Source of the DNA: a virus
Reading direction: 5' to 3' (one strand)
Length of the DNA stretch: 64,000 nucleotides
Virus record (IMG/VR): IMGVR_UViG_3300008952_002784
Span: 32,001 to 96,000 of that record
The position numbers were made by a program, and so were the translations under genes. This document shows positions 19,148 to 27,931 of this stretch, piece by piece (position 1 is the stretch's first letter; every line of letters begins with the position of its first letter). The notes beneath the pieces were generated by a model. That model searched no databases and had not been told where the DNA came from. It saw only the letters and a program-made list of their open reading frames with translations.

Positions 19148-20454
19148 ACGAAATGATAGTAGAATTTATAAAAAAGTGCGCAGAAGAGTATGACGGCATG
19201 CCTGACTATATCACTGGCCCGGAGAAGAAATCGCAGGGGAAATACCCACGTGTGTTATATTCTGGACCTGTGTGGGACGAAAAAGAAATAGCTGCGTCTA
19301 TTGAATCGTTAATGTCGGGAAAATGGGTTTCCGCAGGAGAAAAAGTTCGTCTATTTGAAAGAAAGTTTTCGGAAAAAATAGATGTCAAGCATTCATTGAT
19401 GGTAAATTCCGGAAGCTCAGCTAATTTAGTGATGATATCTGCCCTCAAAGAGTGCATGGGGTGGAACGATGGCGACGAAATAATATTATCAGTAGTAGGA
19501 TTTCCTACATCACTAAATCCGATTATCCAGTGTGGCCTCAAGCCTGTTTTTGTTGATATCGACATGAACGATCTAAACTGGAATCTAGATGAAATTAAAA
19601 AGAAAATTACTGACAAGACAGTAGCAGTATTTTCATCACCCGTATTAGGTAATCCCTATGATTTAGACGCCCTGTCTGATCTTTGCAAAAAACACAATAT
19701 TGAAATGATAGGTGACAATTGCGATAGCTTGGGCACTACGTGGAAGGGTAAAGACTTTGCAAAATATTTTATTGCTAGTTCGTGTTCTTTTTATCCGGCA
19801 CATCATATGACTACTGGTGAGGGTGGAATGGTATCTTCTGATAGAGCAGATATTATAAGGTCAGCTAGAAGCTTCGCCTACTGGGGCCGCGATTGTTATT
19901 GCGTTGGATCAGCAAACTTACTTTCTGAGGGTACATGTGGAAAAAGATTTGACAAATGGCTCAAAGGATACTATAACGGAGTGATAGATCACAAGTACTA
20001 TTTCGTCAATATGGGTTACAATCTCAAGCCCTTAGATTTGCAGGGGTCAATAGGACTAGTCCAGATAGAAAAGCTTGATCGAATTCACAAAGCTAGAAGA
20101 AGTAACAAGACTAAAATTGAAAGTTACTTTCATGACATTATGGGTGTTAGAATTCCCCAAGAATTAGACAGTGCAGAGACTAGTTGGTTTGGTGTACCTG
20201 TCATTTGTGAATCAGGGGACTTGAAGCGACAGCTAGTTCAGCACTTGGAAACTAATGGCATTCAAACAAGAAATTATTTTGCGGGAAACATATTAGTACA
20301 TCCAGCATACAGAGGATTGGGAAACTTCAAAGACTATCCCAATGCAAATAAAGTATTAGATCAAGTATTTTTTGTAGGCTGTTCGCCGAATTACACGAGG
20401 GATACTTTGGAGTATATTAAAGAAGTTCTTAGTAGCTTTTCTAAAGAGGTGTGA
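19135..20454 (+). CDS. rfbH: NDP-4-keto-6-deoxyglucose 3-dehydratase (E1/DdhC/RfbH type)
   Basis: 'NSGSSANL'; His in place of the catalytic Lys 'SFYPAHHMTTGEGG'; Fe-S motif 'WGRDCYC...TCGKRF'; 'DHKY', 'GYNLK'. Confidence 0.85.
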   Translation: MSTLNEMIVEFIKKCAEEYDGMPDYITGPEKKSQGKYPRVLYSGPVWDEKEIAASIESLMSGKWVSAGEKVRLFERKFSEKIDVKHSLMVNSGSSANLVMISALKECMGWNDGDEIILSVVGFPTSLNPIIQCGLKPVFVDIDMNDLNWNLDEIKKKITDKTVAVFSSPVLGNPYDLDALSDLCKKHNIEMIGDNCDSLGTTWKGKDFAKYFIASSCSFYPAHHMTTGEGGMVSSDRADIIRSARSFAYWGRDCYCVGSANLLSEGTCGKRFDKWLKGYYNGVIDHKYYFVNMGYNLKPLDLQGSIGLVQIEKLDRIHKARRSNKTKIESYFHDIMGVRIPQELDSAETSWFGVPVICESGDLKRQLVQHLETNGIQTRNYFAGNILVHPAYRGLGNFKDYPNANKVLDQVFFVGCSPNYTRDTLEYIKEVLSSFSKEV

Positions 20455-21389
20455 GTTTGAATCAAGTAGTAGCAATTACAGGGTGTGCCGGTTTCATCGG
20501 CAGTCATGCAACAGATCTGTATTTACAGTCTGGTTACATGGTACACGGAATTGATAAATTCACATATGCAGCGAATGAAAAGAATTTAGCTGCTGCTTTG
20601 AATAACTCTAATTTTGTGCTAAGCAGAACAGATATTTGTAATCAAAGTACTCTAGAATCGATATTGACTACTACCCCGTGGATAATCAATTTTGCAGCAG
20701 AGACACATGTTGATAACTCAATAGATTCATCAGAAGCATTCATCAAATCAAACATAATGGGTGTTAAATCTATTCTAGAAGCATGTAGAAAAACAAACAC
20801 TAAATTGCTTCATGTGTCGACAGACGAAGTTTATGGATCGATACAATATGGGTCGCACCATGAAGTGTCTAGATTCAATCCAAAGAATCCATACTCTGCA
20901 ACAAAAGCAGCTGCAGAACACCTCATAAAATCATATTCAAATACACACGGTATTGAATATATCATAGTCAGACCGTCTAATAATTTTGGGCCAAGGCAGC
21001 ATTCAGAAAAGCTTCTACCCACAATTGTAAGATCGCTCAAATCTGGCAAAAAGATTCCATTATATGGTGACGGTACTAACGTTAGAGACTGGTTATATGT
21101 AGAAGACAATGTAGCTGCTATTCGCTATATAATGGAAAACTCTGATCTAAATCAGACGTACAACATAACTAGAAAAAAAGAAATTACAAATATTCAGATA
21201 TGTCGCCTTATATGTGATATTTTAGAAAAAGACTTTGATAGTAGCGTTGAGTTTGTTGATGATAGACTTGGCCATGATTTTAGATACTCAATTACTAATC
21301 AAAAACTAAAAGACTTGGGGTACACTTCAAATAGCGTGTTTGAAGATGTGCTAGCTAAAACAGTTAAGAAATTATGGAGAGACGCATGA
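20451..21389 (+). CDS. rmlB: dTDP-glucose 4,6-dehydratase
   Basis: 'TGCAGFIGS', 'DKFTYA', 'NFAAETHVDNSI', 'STDEVYG', 'YSATKA', 'RDWLYV', 'DRLGHDFRY'. Confidence 0.9.
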   Translation: MSLNQVVAITGCAGFIGSHATDLYLQSGYMVHGIDKFTYAANEKNLAAALNNSNFVLSRTDICNQSTLESILTTTPWIINFAAETHVDNSIDSSEAFIKSNIMGVKSILEACRKTNTKLLHVSTDEVYGSIQYGSHHEVSRFNPKNPYSATKAAAEHLIKSYSNTHGIEYIIVRPSNNFGPRQHSEKLLPTIVRSLKSGKKIPLYGDGTNVRDWLYVEDNVAAIRYIMENSDLNQTYNITRKKEITNIQICRLICDILEKDFDSSVEFVDDRLGHDFRYSITNQKLKDLGYTSNSVFEDVLAKTVKKLWRDA

Positions 21390-22234
21390 TAGGAATAGTA
21401 GGGCAGGGATTTGTGGGGTCGGCTATTAGAGAGGGCCTCAAGGACTTTTACAATATATTGACTTATGATATCGATGAGTCTAAGTGCAATAGTACACACA
21501 AAGAAGTGTGCAGAAAATCTGAGATTATATTTGTGTGCATACCTACCCCGATGAGAAAGTCAGGGGAGTGTGACACTAGACTTTTAGAAAGTGTGATAGC
21601 AGGCATTGAAGCTGAATGTACCACCCTAGATCAAAGTCCCACGTTAGTTATAAAGTCGACAGTCCCACCTGGTACTACTAAGCGAATAAATAGCACTAGC
21701 AAACTAGATGTATGCTTTAGTCCTGAGTTCTTGACAGAGGCAAATTCATTCAATGACTTTATTAATCAAACAAGAATAATACTTGGTGGTAATCCTGACG
21801 TGAATTGCCGCGGTGCCAAGCGTGTCAAATCAATGTTTCGAAAACCGTTTCCAGAAATACCAATTATCATAACTAAGTCAGAGACTGCCGAAATGGTAAA
21901 GTATTTCATCAATTGCTTCTTAGCAACTAAAGTGACATTTGCAAATGAAATGTATCAATTATGTTCTGCATCTAGCTTAGACTATGATAAAGTCTGTGAG
22001 TACGCACTTTATGACACAAGAATTGGCCAGAGTCATGTTACAGTACCCGGTCCAGATGGTGACTTTGCTTTTGGGGGACATTGTTTACCAAAAGACTTAG
22101 CAGCAATGATACACTTTGGATCTAAAAACAATGTAGACACAAGTTTGCTATCCTCTGTACAGACAAAAAACAATGAGTTGAGATCAAATAGAGACTGGGA
22201 ATCTATGTCTGGGAGGGCGGTTAGCAATGACTAG
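21386..22234 (+). CDS. UDP-glucose/GDP-mannose dehydrogenase family protein lacking the C-terminal domain
   Basis: 'IGIVGQGFVG', 'FVCIPTP', 'IKSTVPPGTT', 'PEFL', catalytic 'FGGHCLPKD'; ATGA overlap at 21386. Confidence 0.85.
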   Translation: MIGIVGQGFVGSAIREGLKDFYNILTYDIDESKCNSTHKEVCRKSEIIFVCIPTPMRKSGECDTRLLESVIAGIEAECTTLDQSPTLVIKSTVPPGTTKRINSTSKLDVCFSPEFLTEANSFNDFINQTRIILGGNPDVNCRGAKRVKSMFRKPFPEIPIIITKSETAEMVKYFINCFLATKVTFANEMYQLCSASSLDYDKVCEYALYDTRIGQSHVTVPGPDGDFAFGGHCLPKDLAAMIHFGSKNNVDTSLLSSVQTKNNELRSNRDWESMSGRAVSND

Positions 22235-23093
22235 AGTATTAGTGACAGGAGGCTTGGGCTTTGTAGGGTCACATTTGGTTGAGCAGCTGTTGTATGATCC
22301 TGAAAATGAAATTACTGTAATAGATAATCTGTGCTCAGAATCAAGCAACATAAACAACAAGCGAGAGGGTGTTACATATTGGATTGATGATATACGCAAT
22401 CTCAATACATATCGATTTGAATCTAACTTTGATGTAATATATCATTTAGCTGCACTAGCTAGAATTCAACCAAGTTTTGAAGATCCTCTTAGATACTTCT
22501 CTATAGATGCAATGGGAACTGCAGAAGTTCTAGAATTTGCCAGAAGCTCAAATGCAAAAGTAATATATGCAGGATCTAGTTCTGCTTACGGTGGACCCAA
22601 ACTAAATCCGTATTCATTTGCAAAATATACAGGAGAGGAATTGTGCAAAATGTACTCAGAAGTCTATGGGCTGAGTACTGTCACAGCAAGATTTTTTAAT
22701 GTATACGGTGTTAGACAGCCAACTAGCGGCCCATACGCTACAATTGTAGGAATATTTGAAAATTTGACGAGAGCGGGTCAAAAATTGACAGTTACTGGCG
22801 ACGGAACTCAACGACGAGATTTTACACATGTCAAAGATATAGTTCGTGGGTTTACTTTGTTATCAGAAAAAGAATATTCAGGAGATGTATTCAATCTAGG
22901 CACGGGAACAAATTACTCTATAAATGAGTTGGCAGAAATGTTCGGCGGCAAAATAGAATATATACCGGCCCGCCCCGGGGAAGCAAAGAACACCCTGGCA
23001 GATATTTCCAACATCACAGCGAAGACAGGTTGGATGCCATTGTTACGACTAGAGAAGTATGTATCAACATGGCTGTCTGCAAATATTTTATAG
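22227..23093 (+). CDS. NAD-dependent epimerase (UDP-hexose/HexNAc 4-epimerase-like)
   Basis: 'VLVTGGLGFVGSHL', 'HLAA', 'YSFAK', 'RFFNVYG', 'GDGTQRRDFTHV'. Confidence 0.85.
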   Translation: MTRVLVTGGLGFVGSHLVEQLLYDPENEITVIDNLCSESSNINNKREGVTYWIDDIRNLNTYRFESNFDVIYHLAALARIQPSFEDPLRYFSIDAMGTAEVLEFARSSNAKVIYAGSSSAYGGPKLNPYSFAKYTGEELCKMYSEVYGLSTVTARFFNVYGVRQPTSGPYATIVGIFENLTRAGQKLTVTGDGTQRRDFTHVKDIVRGFTLLSEKEYSGDVFNLGTGTNYSINELAEMFGGKIEYIPARPGEAKNTLADISNITAKTGWMPLLRLEKYVSTWLSANIL

Positions 23094-23102
23094 ATCTGCT
23101 GC

Positions 23103-23131
23103 TTGAACTAAGTTGTAATGCATGTTATAAT
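23103..23131 (+). promoter_or_regulatory. Sigma70-type promoter with extended -10
   Basis: TTGAAC (23103-23108), 17-nt spacer, TATAAT (23126-23131), with TG at 23123-23124, in the gap before the nuclease gene. Confidence 0.75.
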
Positions 23132-23159
23132 TCATATGAACAATAAAAAAAGGCAGCAT

Positions 23160-23984
23160 ATGAAAGAACTACCCACCGGAAAGCCCCACGTTTCTTATAG
23201 TGAAGTGAGATGCTGGAAAGAATGTCCATGGCGTCACAAGTTAGTACATATTGATAAAATATCTATTTTTGAGCCATCACCCTATTTAGACTTTGGCACC
23301 AACGTTCATGAAGGTTGCGAAAGCTTCTTGAATACCGGCAACATTCCCAAAGAGGCACTTCTGAACAATATTAGAAATGCATGGGAAAAAAATGGATTTG
23401 ATGACCCCGACTGGGTTAAGAAGCAACCCGGGTGGTACAAATACTCTCCTGTTGAAGAGTGGTGTACATGGGCATCCAATATGTGGGATGACATTCCACG
23501 ATACTTAGATGAAACGTTTCCAGGGTGGGAGCGTGTCAGTGCAGAAGAAATGCTCTATGAGGAAATCCCTGGCAAAGATGCTCTATTCAAGGGCTACATC
23601 GATGTAATTATAAAAGTACCCAGAAAAAATGGCACATGGAAATACTGGATACTTGATTGGAAGACATCAAAAGCATACGGTTGGGATAGGAGAAAAAAGC
23701 AAGATTTTCTAACTCAAGCACAAATAATTCTCTATAAAGACTACTGGGCAACTAAAAATGATATTCCGCTCCGAGACGTGGGGTGTGGTTTCATACTTTT
23801 GAAAAGAGGCGGAAAACCTGGGAATATGTGTGATCTTGTACAAGTATCGTCAGGGCCAAAGTCTATAGAGAAGGCTCAAAAGATGGTGACTAGCATGATA
23901 AGCACCATCAGAAGAAGCTTTTTTATAAAAAATAGAGAATCATGCAGGTTTTGTGAATTTGCTAATACAGAACACTGCAAATAA
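23160..23984 (+). CDS. PD-(D/E)XK nuclease, Cas4/AddB-like, with Fe-S cysteines
   Basis: 'HVSYS..CWKECPW', 'FGTNVH', 'FKGYIDVI', 'ILDWKT', 'Q..LY', C-terminal 'CRFC...HC'; ATG at 23160 chosen because it lies downstream of the promoter. Confidence 0.85.
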   Translation: MKELPTGKPHVSYSEVRCWKECPWRHKLVHIDKISIFEPSPYLDFGTNVHEGCESFLNTGNIPKEALLNNIRNAWEKNGFDDPDWVKKQPGWYKYSPVEEWCTWASNMWDDIPRYLDETFPGWERVSAEEMLYEEIPGKDALFKGYIDVIIKVPRKNGTWKYWILDWKTSKAYGWDRRKKQDFLTQAQIILYKDYWATKNDIPLRDVGCGFILLKRGGKPGNMCDLVQVSSGPKSIEKAQKMVTSMISTIRRSFFIKNRESCRFCEFANTEHCK

Positions 23985-23998
23985 TAACTATCTTTTAC

Positions 23999-24026
23999 TG
24001 GTACCATGTTATGAATATGATACTAT
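23999..24026 (+). promoter_or_regulatory. Possible extended -10 promoter
   Basis: TGaTACTAT (24018-24026) with a weak TGGTAC 16 nt upstream of the hexamer, in the 54-nt gap before the GT gene. Confidence 0.35.
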
Positions 24027-24038
24027 AGTGGGTGAAAT

Positions 24039-25286
24039 ATGACAAAAAAATACAAAGTATTAATGCTTTCAGATCACGCTTTAAGCACATCTGGAGTGGG
24101 CTGTCAAAGTAGATTTTTGATTGACGGCTTAATAAAGAAGGGCTGCTGGTCATTTCGACAATTTGGCGCGGCAATTAAGCATGATGATTATAGAATGATT
24201 ACTGTCAATGATGACTTTATTATTAAGCCAATTGATGGATTCGGCAATAGAGAGCTAATCAGATCAACTTTAGTCGCAGAAAAACCAGATGTTGTCCTAA
24301 TCTTTACAGACCCCAGATTCTTTATTTGGCTCTGGGAAATGGAAGATGAAATACATCAAGTTTGTCCTATTGCTTATTGGCATGTATGGGATAATCTTCC
24401 TGTTCCCACCTTCAATAAAGTTTTGTATGATTCTACAGACTTAATTAACTGTCACTCTTATCTTACATATGAATTTTTAAAAGATCTAGCCCCGGGGAGA
24501 GCAAATTTTGTTCCTCATTCATTACCTGACGGATTGTTTTATCCCATCAAGCGAGATGAGCAAATCAAGTGGAGAAATGAAGTTATTGGGCGTGAAAGAG
24601 CAGATCATTTTGTAGCATTTTGGGTAAATAGAAACGCTAAAAGAAAGCGACCCAATGATCTACTATTAGCATGGAAGACATTCATAGACATGCTAGAAGA
24701 GAAGCATGGTCACAAGAAGGCATCACTACTGATGCATACTCAACCAGATGATCCTGAGGGACCTAATTTATATGCCACATGTGACTTATTAGGCATAAAA
24801 GATAACGTTGTTTTCTCACCTGACAGGCTTGAATTTGAAAAAATGAATATATTGCACAACATAAGTGATGTATGTGTCAATGTAAGCTATGCAGAAGGAT
24901 TTGGTTTGTCAACACTAGAAGCAATGTCATGTGCTAAGCCAATTATCGCACTCAAGACAGGGGGACTTACGCGTCAAGTTGTAGATCATAGAGATGAATC
25001 AGAGAACGGAATTGCACTCCCAGTAGAATTCAAGTCATTGGTAGGCTCTCAACAGGTACCGTACATATATGAAGATTATTGTTCAGCTGAGACTACTGCT
25101 AAAGCTTTCTTAGACATGTACGAAATGGGACATGAGAAGAGAGTAGAATTGGGAAAGAAAGCAAAGGAGTACGTAGACTCTGAATTCAATCATCAAACAA
25201 CAATCGACTTGTGGCATGACACTTTGCTAGACTTAGTTGAAAATAAACAGAGTAACAATAAGCTCTGGGAGATTCAAGAAATATGA
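24039..25286 (+). CDS. GT4-like glycosyltransferase
   Basis: 'SDHALSTSGVG', 'NRNAKRK', 'SYAEGFGLSTLEAMSCAKPII'. Confidence 0.9.
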   Translation: MTKKYKVLMLSDHALSTSGVGCQSRFLIDGLIKKGCWSFRQFGAAIKHDDYRMITVNDDFIIKPIDGFGNRELIRSTLVAEKPDVVLIFTDPRFFIWLWEMEDEIHQVCPIAYWHVWDNLPVPTFNKVLYDSTDLINCHSYLTYEFLKDLAPGRANFVPHSLPDGLFYPIKRDEQIKWRNEVIGRERADHFVAFWVNRNAKRKRPNDLLLAWKTFIDMLEEKHGHKKASLLMHTQPDDPEGPNLYATCDLLGIKDNVVFSPDRLEFEKMNILHNISDVCVNVSYAEGFGLSTLEAMSCAKPIIALKTGGLTRQVVDHRDESENGIALPVEFKSLVGSQQVPYIYEDYCSAETTAKAFLDMYEMGHEKRVELGKKAKEYVDSEFNHQTTIDLWHDTLLDLVENKQSNNKLWEIQEI

Positions 25287-26452
25287 TGAAAAAAAGAGTA
25301 CTTGTTAGAGCACCACTACTGACAATGTCAGGATACGGCGTACACTCTAGACAGATCTATAGATGGGCAAGATCTAGATCTGATTTCGATGTCGAAGCTC
25401 AAATATTGTCATGGGGAATGACACCCTGGATGCTTAACGAAGAGTCTGAAGACGGTTTGATAGGCGATATCATAAGTAGAACATGCAAGCCTGTAGAGGG
25501 TAATAAGTGGGACGTTACTGTACAAGTTCAATTACCGGATGAGTGGGATCCCAATTTGGGAACCATCAATATAGGTGTTACAGCTGCAGTTGAGTCAGAT
25601 AGGTGTAATCCAAATTGGATTGACAGATGTAATAAAATGACTGCAGTTGTTGTACCCTCAAGACATACAAAAAAAGTACTTGAAGATACAGGTAGTGTTA
25701 CTGTGCCTATTCATGTAATTCCGGAAACATATCACAAGTCAGTAACGAATGACGATCTTTCCCCGCTTGACATTGACTTGTCGACAAGCTTTAATTTTCT
25801 TTTATTTGCTCAATTCACAGGCCAGACACCGGATACAGATAGAAAGAATTTATTCAATACAGTCAAGTGGATGTGTGAGACATTCACCGGAGATTCTGAA
25901 GTTGGAATTATTCTTAAGACAAACTCAGGTTGCAATACTAAAATTGATCGATCAATAACAGAAAAATTATTGAGAAATCTAATATCAGAAGTTAGAAAAG
26001 GACCATATCCTCGATTTTATTTTTTGCATGGAGCAATGTCTGAAGAAGAAGTATCTTCGCTTTATAAAGTACCGTCAGTAAAAGCCCTAGTATCACTCAC
26101 AAGAGGTGAAGGGTTTGGGCTACCTCTTTTAGAGGCTGCTGCTAGTGGACTACCGGTAATTGCAACTGGATGGAGCGGTCACCTAGATTTTCTAAAATAC
26201 GGAAAGTTTATCGCTGTCAAGCATAGATTAACAGAAATTCCAAAAGCACGAGCCGACGGCAGAGTTTGGGTTGAAAATTCTAGATGGGCTGAACCGATAG
26301 AAGATGATGCTAAGAAGTGTTTGCAGAGATTCCGGAAAAAGCCCAGTCTTCCCAAACAGTGGGCTAACGATTTGAAAGAAAAGATTAGAAAAAACTTTTC
26401 TGAGAAGTCTATTAATCAACACTATAACAAGCTTATGAGGAATCTCACCTAA
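25283..26452 (+). CDS. GT4-like glycosyltransferase
   Basis: 'SGYGVHSR', 'DRKNL', 'TRGEGFGLPLLEAAASGLPVIATGWSGHLDF'. Confidence 0.9.
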   Translation: MMKKRVLVRAPLLTMSGYGVHSRQIYRWARSRSDFDVEAQILSWGMTPWMLNEESEDGLIGDIISRTCKPVEGNKWDVTVQVQLPDEWDPNLGTINIGVTAAVESDRCNPNWIDRCNKMTAVVVPSRHTKKVLEDTGSVTVPIHVIPETYHKSVTNDDLSPLDIDLSTSFNFLLFAQFTGQTPDTDRKNLFNTVKWMCETFTGDSEVGIILKTNSGCNTKIDRSITEKLLRNLISEVRKGPYPRFYFLHGAMSEEEVSSLYKVPSVKALVSLTRGEGFGLPLLEAAASGLPVIATGWSGHLDFLKYGKFIAVKHRLTEIPKARADGRVWVENSRWAEPIEDDAKKCLQRFRKKPSLPKQWANDLKEKIRKNFSEKSINQHYNKLMRNLT

Positions 26453-26457
26453 ACATT

Positions 26458-26760
26458 ATGTCTTCAACAGCCATCATAATTACATGCCTAATCTCAATGT
26501 TAGCACTGTCTTTGTTCTATTTAGTAAGATTTGGGCTCATAATTCTTCAGATACAAGATGCAATCGAAGAGTCACTAGATGTAATGGATGAGAAGTACAA
26601 ATCAATGTCAAGTATACTAGAACGACCGCTCTATTATGATAGTCCTGAAGTGCGCCAGGTAGTGCAAGATATAAGAGATACTAGAGCATCAATATTATAT
26701 ATTGCTAATGCATTCTCGCTGTCCGGTGAACCCATTCATGATGATCTACCAGGAGAGTAA
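26458..26760 (+). CDS. Small protein with N-terminal transmembrane segment and coiled coil
   Basis: Hydrophobic 'AIIITCLISMLALSLFYLVRFGLIIL' followed by a charged helical segment. Confidence 0.65.
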   Translation: MSSTAIIITCLISMLALSLFYLVRFGLIILQIQDAIEESLDVMDEKYKSMSSILERPLYYDSPEVRQVVQDIRDTRASILYIANAFSLSGEPIHDDLPGE

Positions 26761-26761
26761 A

Positions 26762-27535
26762 TTGAAAAAACTAGTGAGTAAAAAGCGAAAAATACGTCGT
26801 AAGAGGGGCACAGGCCCTAGAAACATGTATTTCACTATGGATACCCAAGCCGCAATTCAAACGTATCAGGGTTTTGAAAAGATTGAGTCTGAGCAAGAAT
26901 CAAAAGATCTGACAGATGATAAACATAATGTCTATATAAAAGAAATTCAACCTGCATTTGAAAAATTGGTTGAAAATCTTATTTTTGTTTATGGTTTCAA
27001 GTCTCCTCTAGATACGTTTCATGATATGAAGTCAGACTGTGTATCATTTTTATATGAGTCTATGCATAAATGGAAGCCAGAACGAGGTACCAAAGCATTT
27101 TCATACTTCAATGTTGTGGCTAAGAACTGGCTCATTATACGGTCTAGAAAACAAAAGAAAAGAGTAAAGCGACATGTGAGCTCTGACAATCCTGACAGTA
27201 TGACAACTCTGCAACGAGAAATGTATGAAAGTCATGATGTAATCCCACCGCCAGATATCTTACTCATCAATAGGAATCTAAGAAATGAGATTCAAAATCT
27301 TTTGACAGAAATTCAGGGAATAGTGACTAGTGAGTCTGAAAAATCTTGTATCAATGCAGTCATTACAGTATTTGAAAATATAGACGATTTAGACTTTCTG
27401 AATAAGCGTGCAATACTAGTATACGTCAGAGAGATCTCCGGGCTTTCGCCGAAGCAATTGTCTGTTGCAATGTCGTCAATAAGAAAGCACTATAGGCGAT
27501 TGACAGGTGCATCTGGTGACTTTAATCTTTTTTAG
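26762..27535 (+). CDS. Phage-encoded RNA polymerase sigma factor (sigma70 region 2 / T4 gp55-like)
   Basis: 'YFT..TQAAI..Y', 'PAFEKLVENLI', 'FLYESMHKWKPERGTKAFSYFNVVAKNWLI' resemble sigma region 2; in-frame TTG at 26762 with AGGAG at 26751-26755. Confidence 0.7.
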   Translation: MKKLVSKKRKIRRKRGTGPRNMYFTMDTQAAIQTYQGFEKIESEQESKDLTDDKHNVYIKEIQPAFEKLVENLIFVYGFKSPLDTFHDMKSDCVSFLYESMHKWKPERGTKAFSYFNVVAKNWLIIRSRKQKKRVKRHVSSDNPDSMTTLQREMYESHDVIPPPDILLINRNLRNEIQNLLTEIQGIVTSESEKSCINAVITVFENIDDLDFLNKRAILVYVREISGLSPKQLSVAMSSIRKHYRRLTGASGDFNLF

Positions 27536-27544
27536 GAGGAAATC

Positions 27545-27931
27545 ATGAGTAATGATATCTTGGGAGATGCCCTTACACGTGCTGACAAAACAAAAGCAAA
27601 ATTAGATAAATTTTCTGACATTCTAGATCATCTTCATTCTACAGAAGAAAAAAGAAAATTACTGTGGAAAGAAATATACGAAAATGCTCTAAATGACAGG
27701 GAGAGTGCATCCATGCTATTTACTGATGCATGGAGCCAAATGAAGGGTGGCACAATTGAGCATGCTACAGTTGGCCCCACGATGTCAAAGTATTTAGAGC
27801 GAATGAATAAGTCAAATGAGCAAATTTTAAGACTTGCAGAGCTTATAACAAAAGCAGAAGAACAAGAAGCCAAAATCGATCCCGACGATATATTCTCCCA
27901 GATAGGTGATGGAAAAAAGGGAGCTACATAA
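27545..27931 (+). CDS. Helical hypothetical protein
   Basis: AGGAGG SD; coiled-coil-like sequence; no recognised motif. Confidence 0.7.
   Translation: MSNDILGDALTRADKTKAKLDKFSDILDHLHSTEEKRKLLWKEIYENALNDRESASMLFTDAWSQMKGGTIEHATVGPTMSKYLERMNKSNEQILRLAELITKAEEQEAKIDPDDIFSQIGDGKKGAT

Noticed and set aside
1-23093. Bacterial O-antigen or capsule locus
   Set aside because: No wzx/wzy/wzz/ABC exporter or initiating transferase, and it is contiguous and co-oriented with phage sigma, baseplate and primase genes of similar composition
23160-23984. CRISPR-Cas locus suggested by the Cas4-like gene
   Set aside because: No repeat-spacer array or other cas genes are visible, and the intergenic gaps are too short to hold an array
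26702-26761. ORF-track N-terminal extension of the sigma factor
   Set aside because: It overlaps the upstream gene by ~60 nt; the in-frame TTG at 26762 has a well-spaced AGGAG
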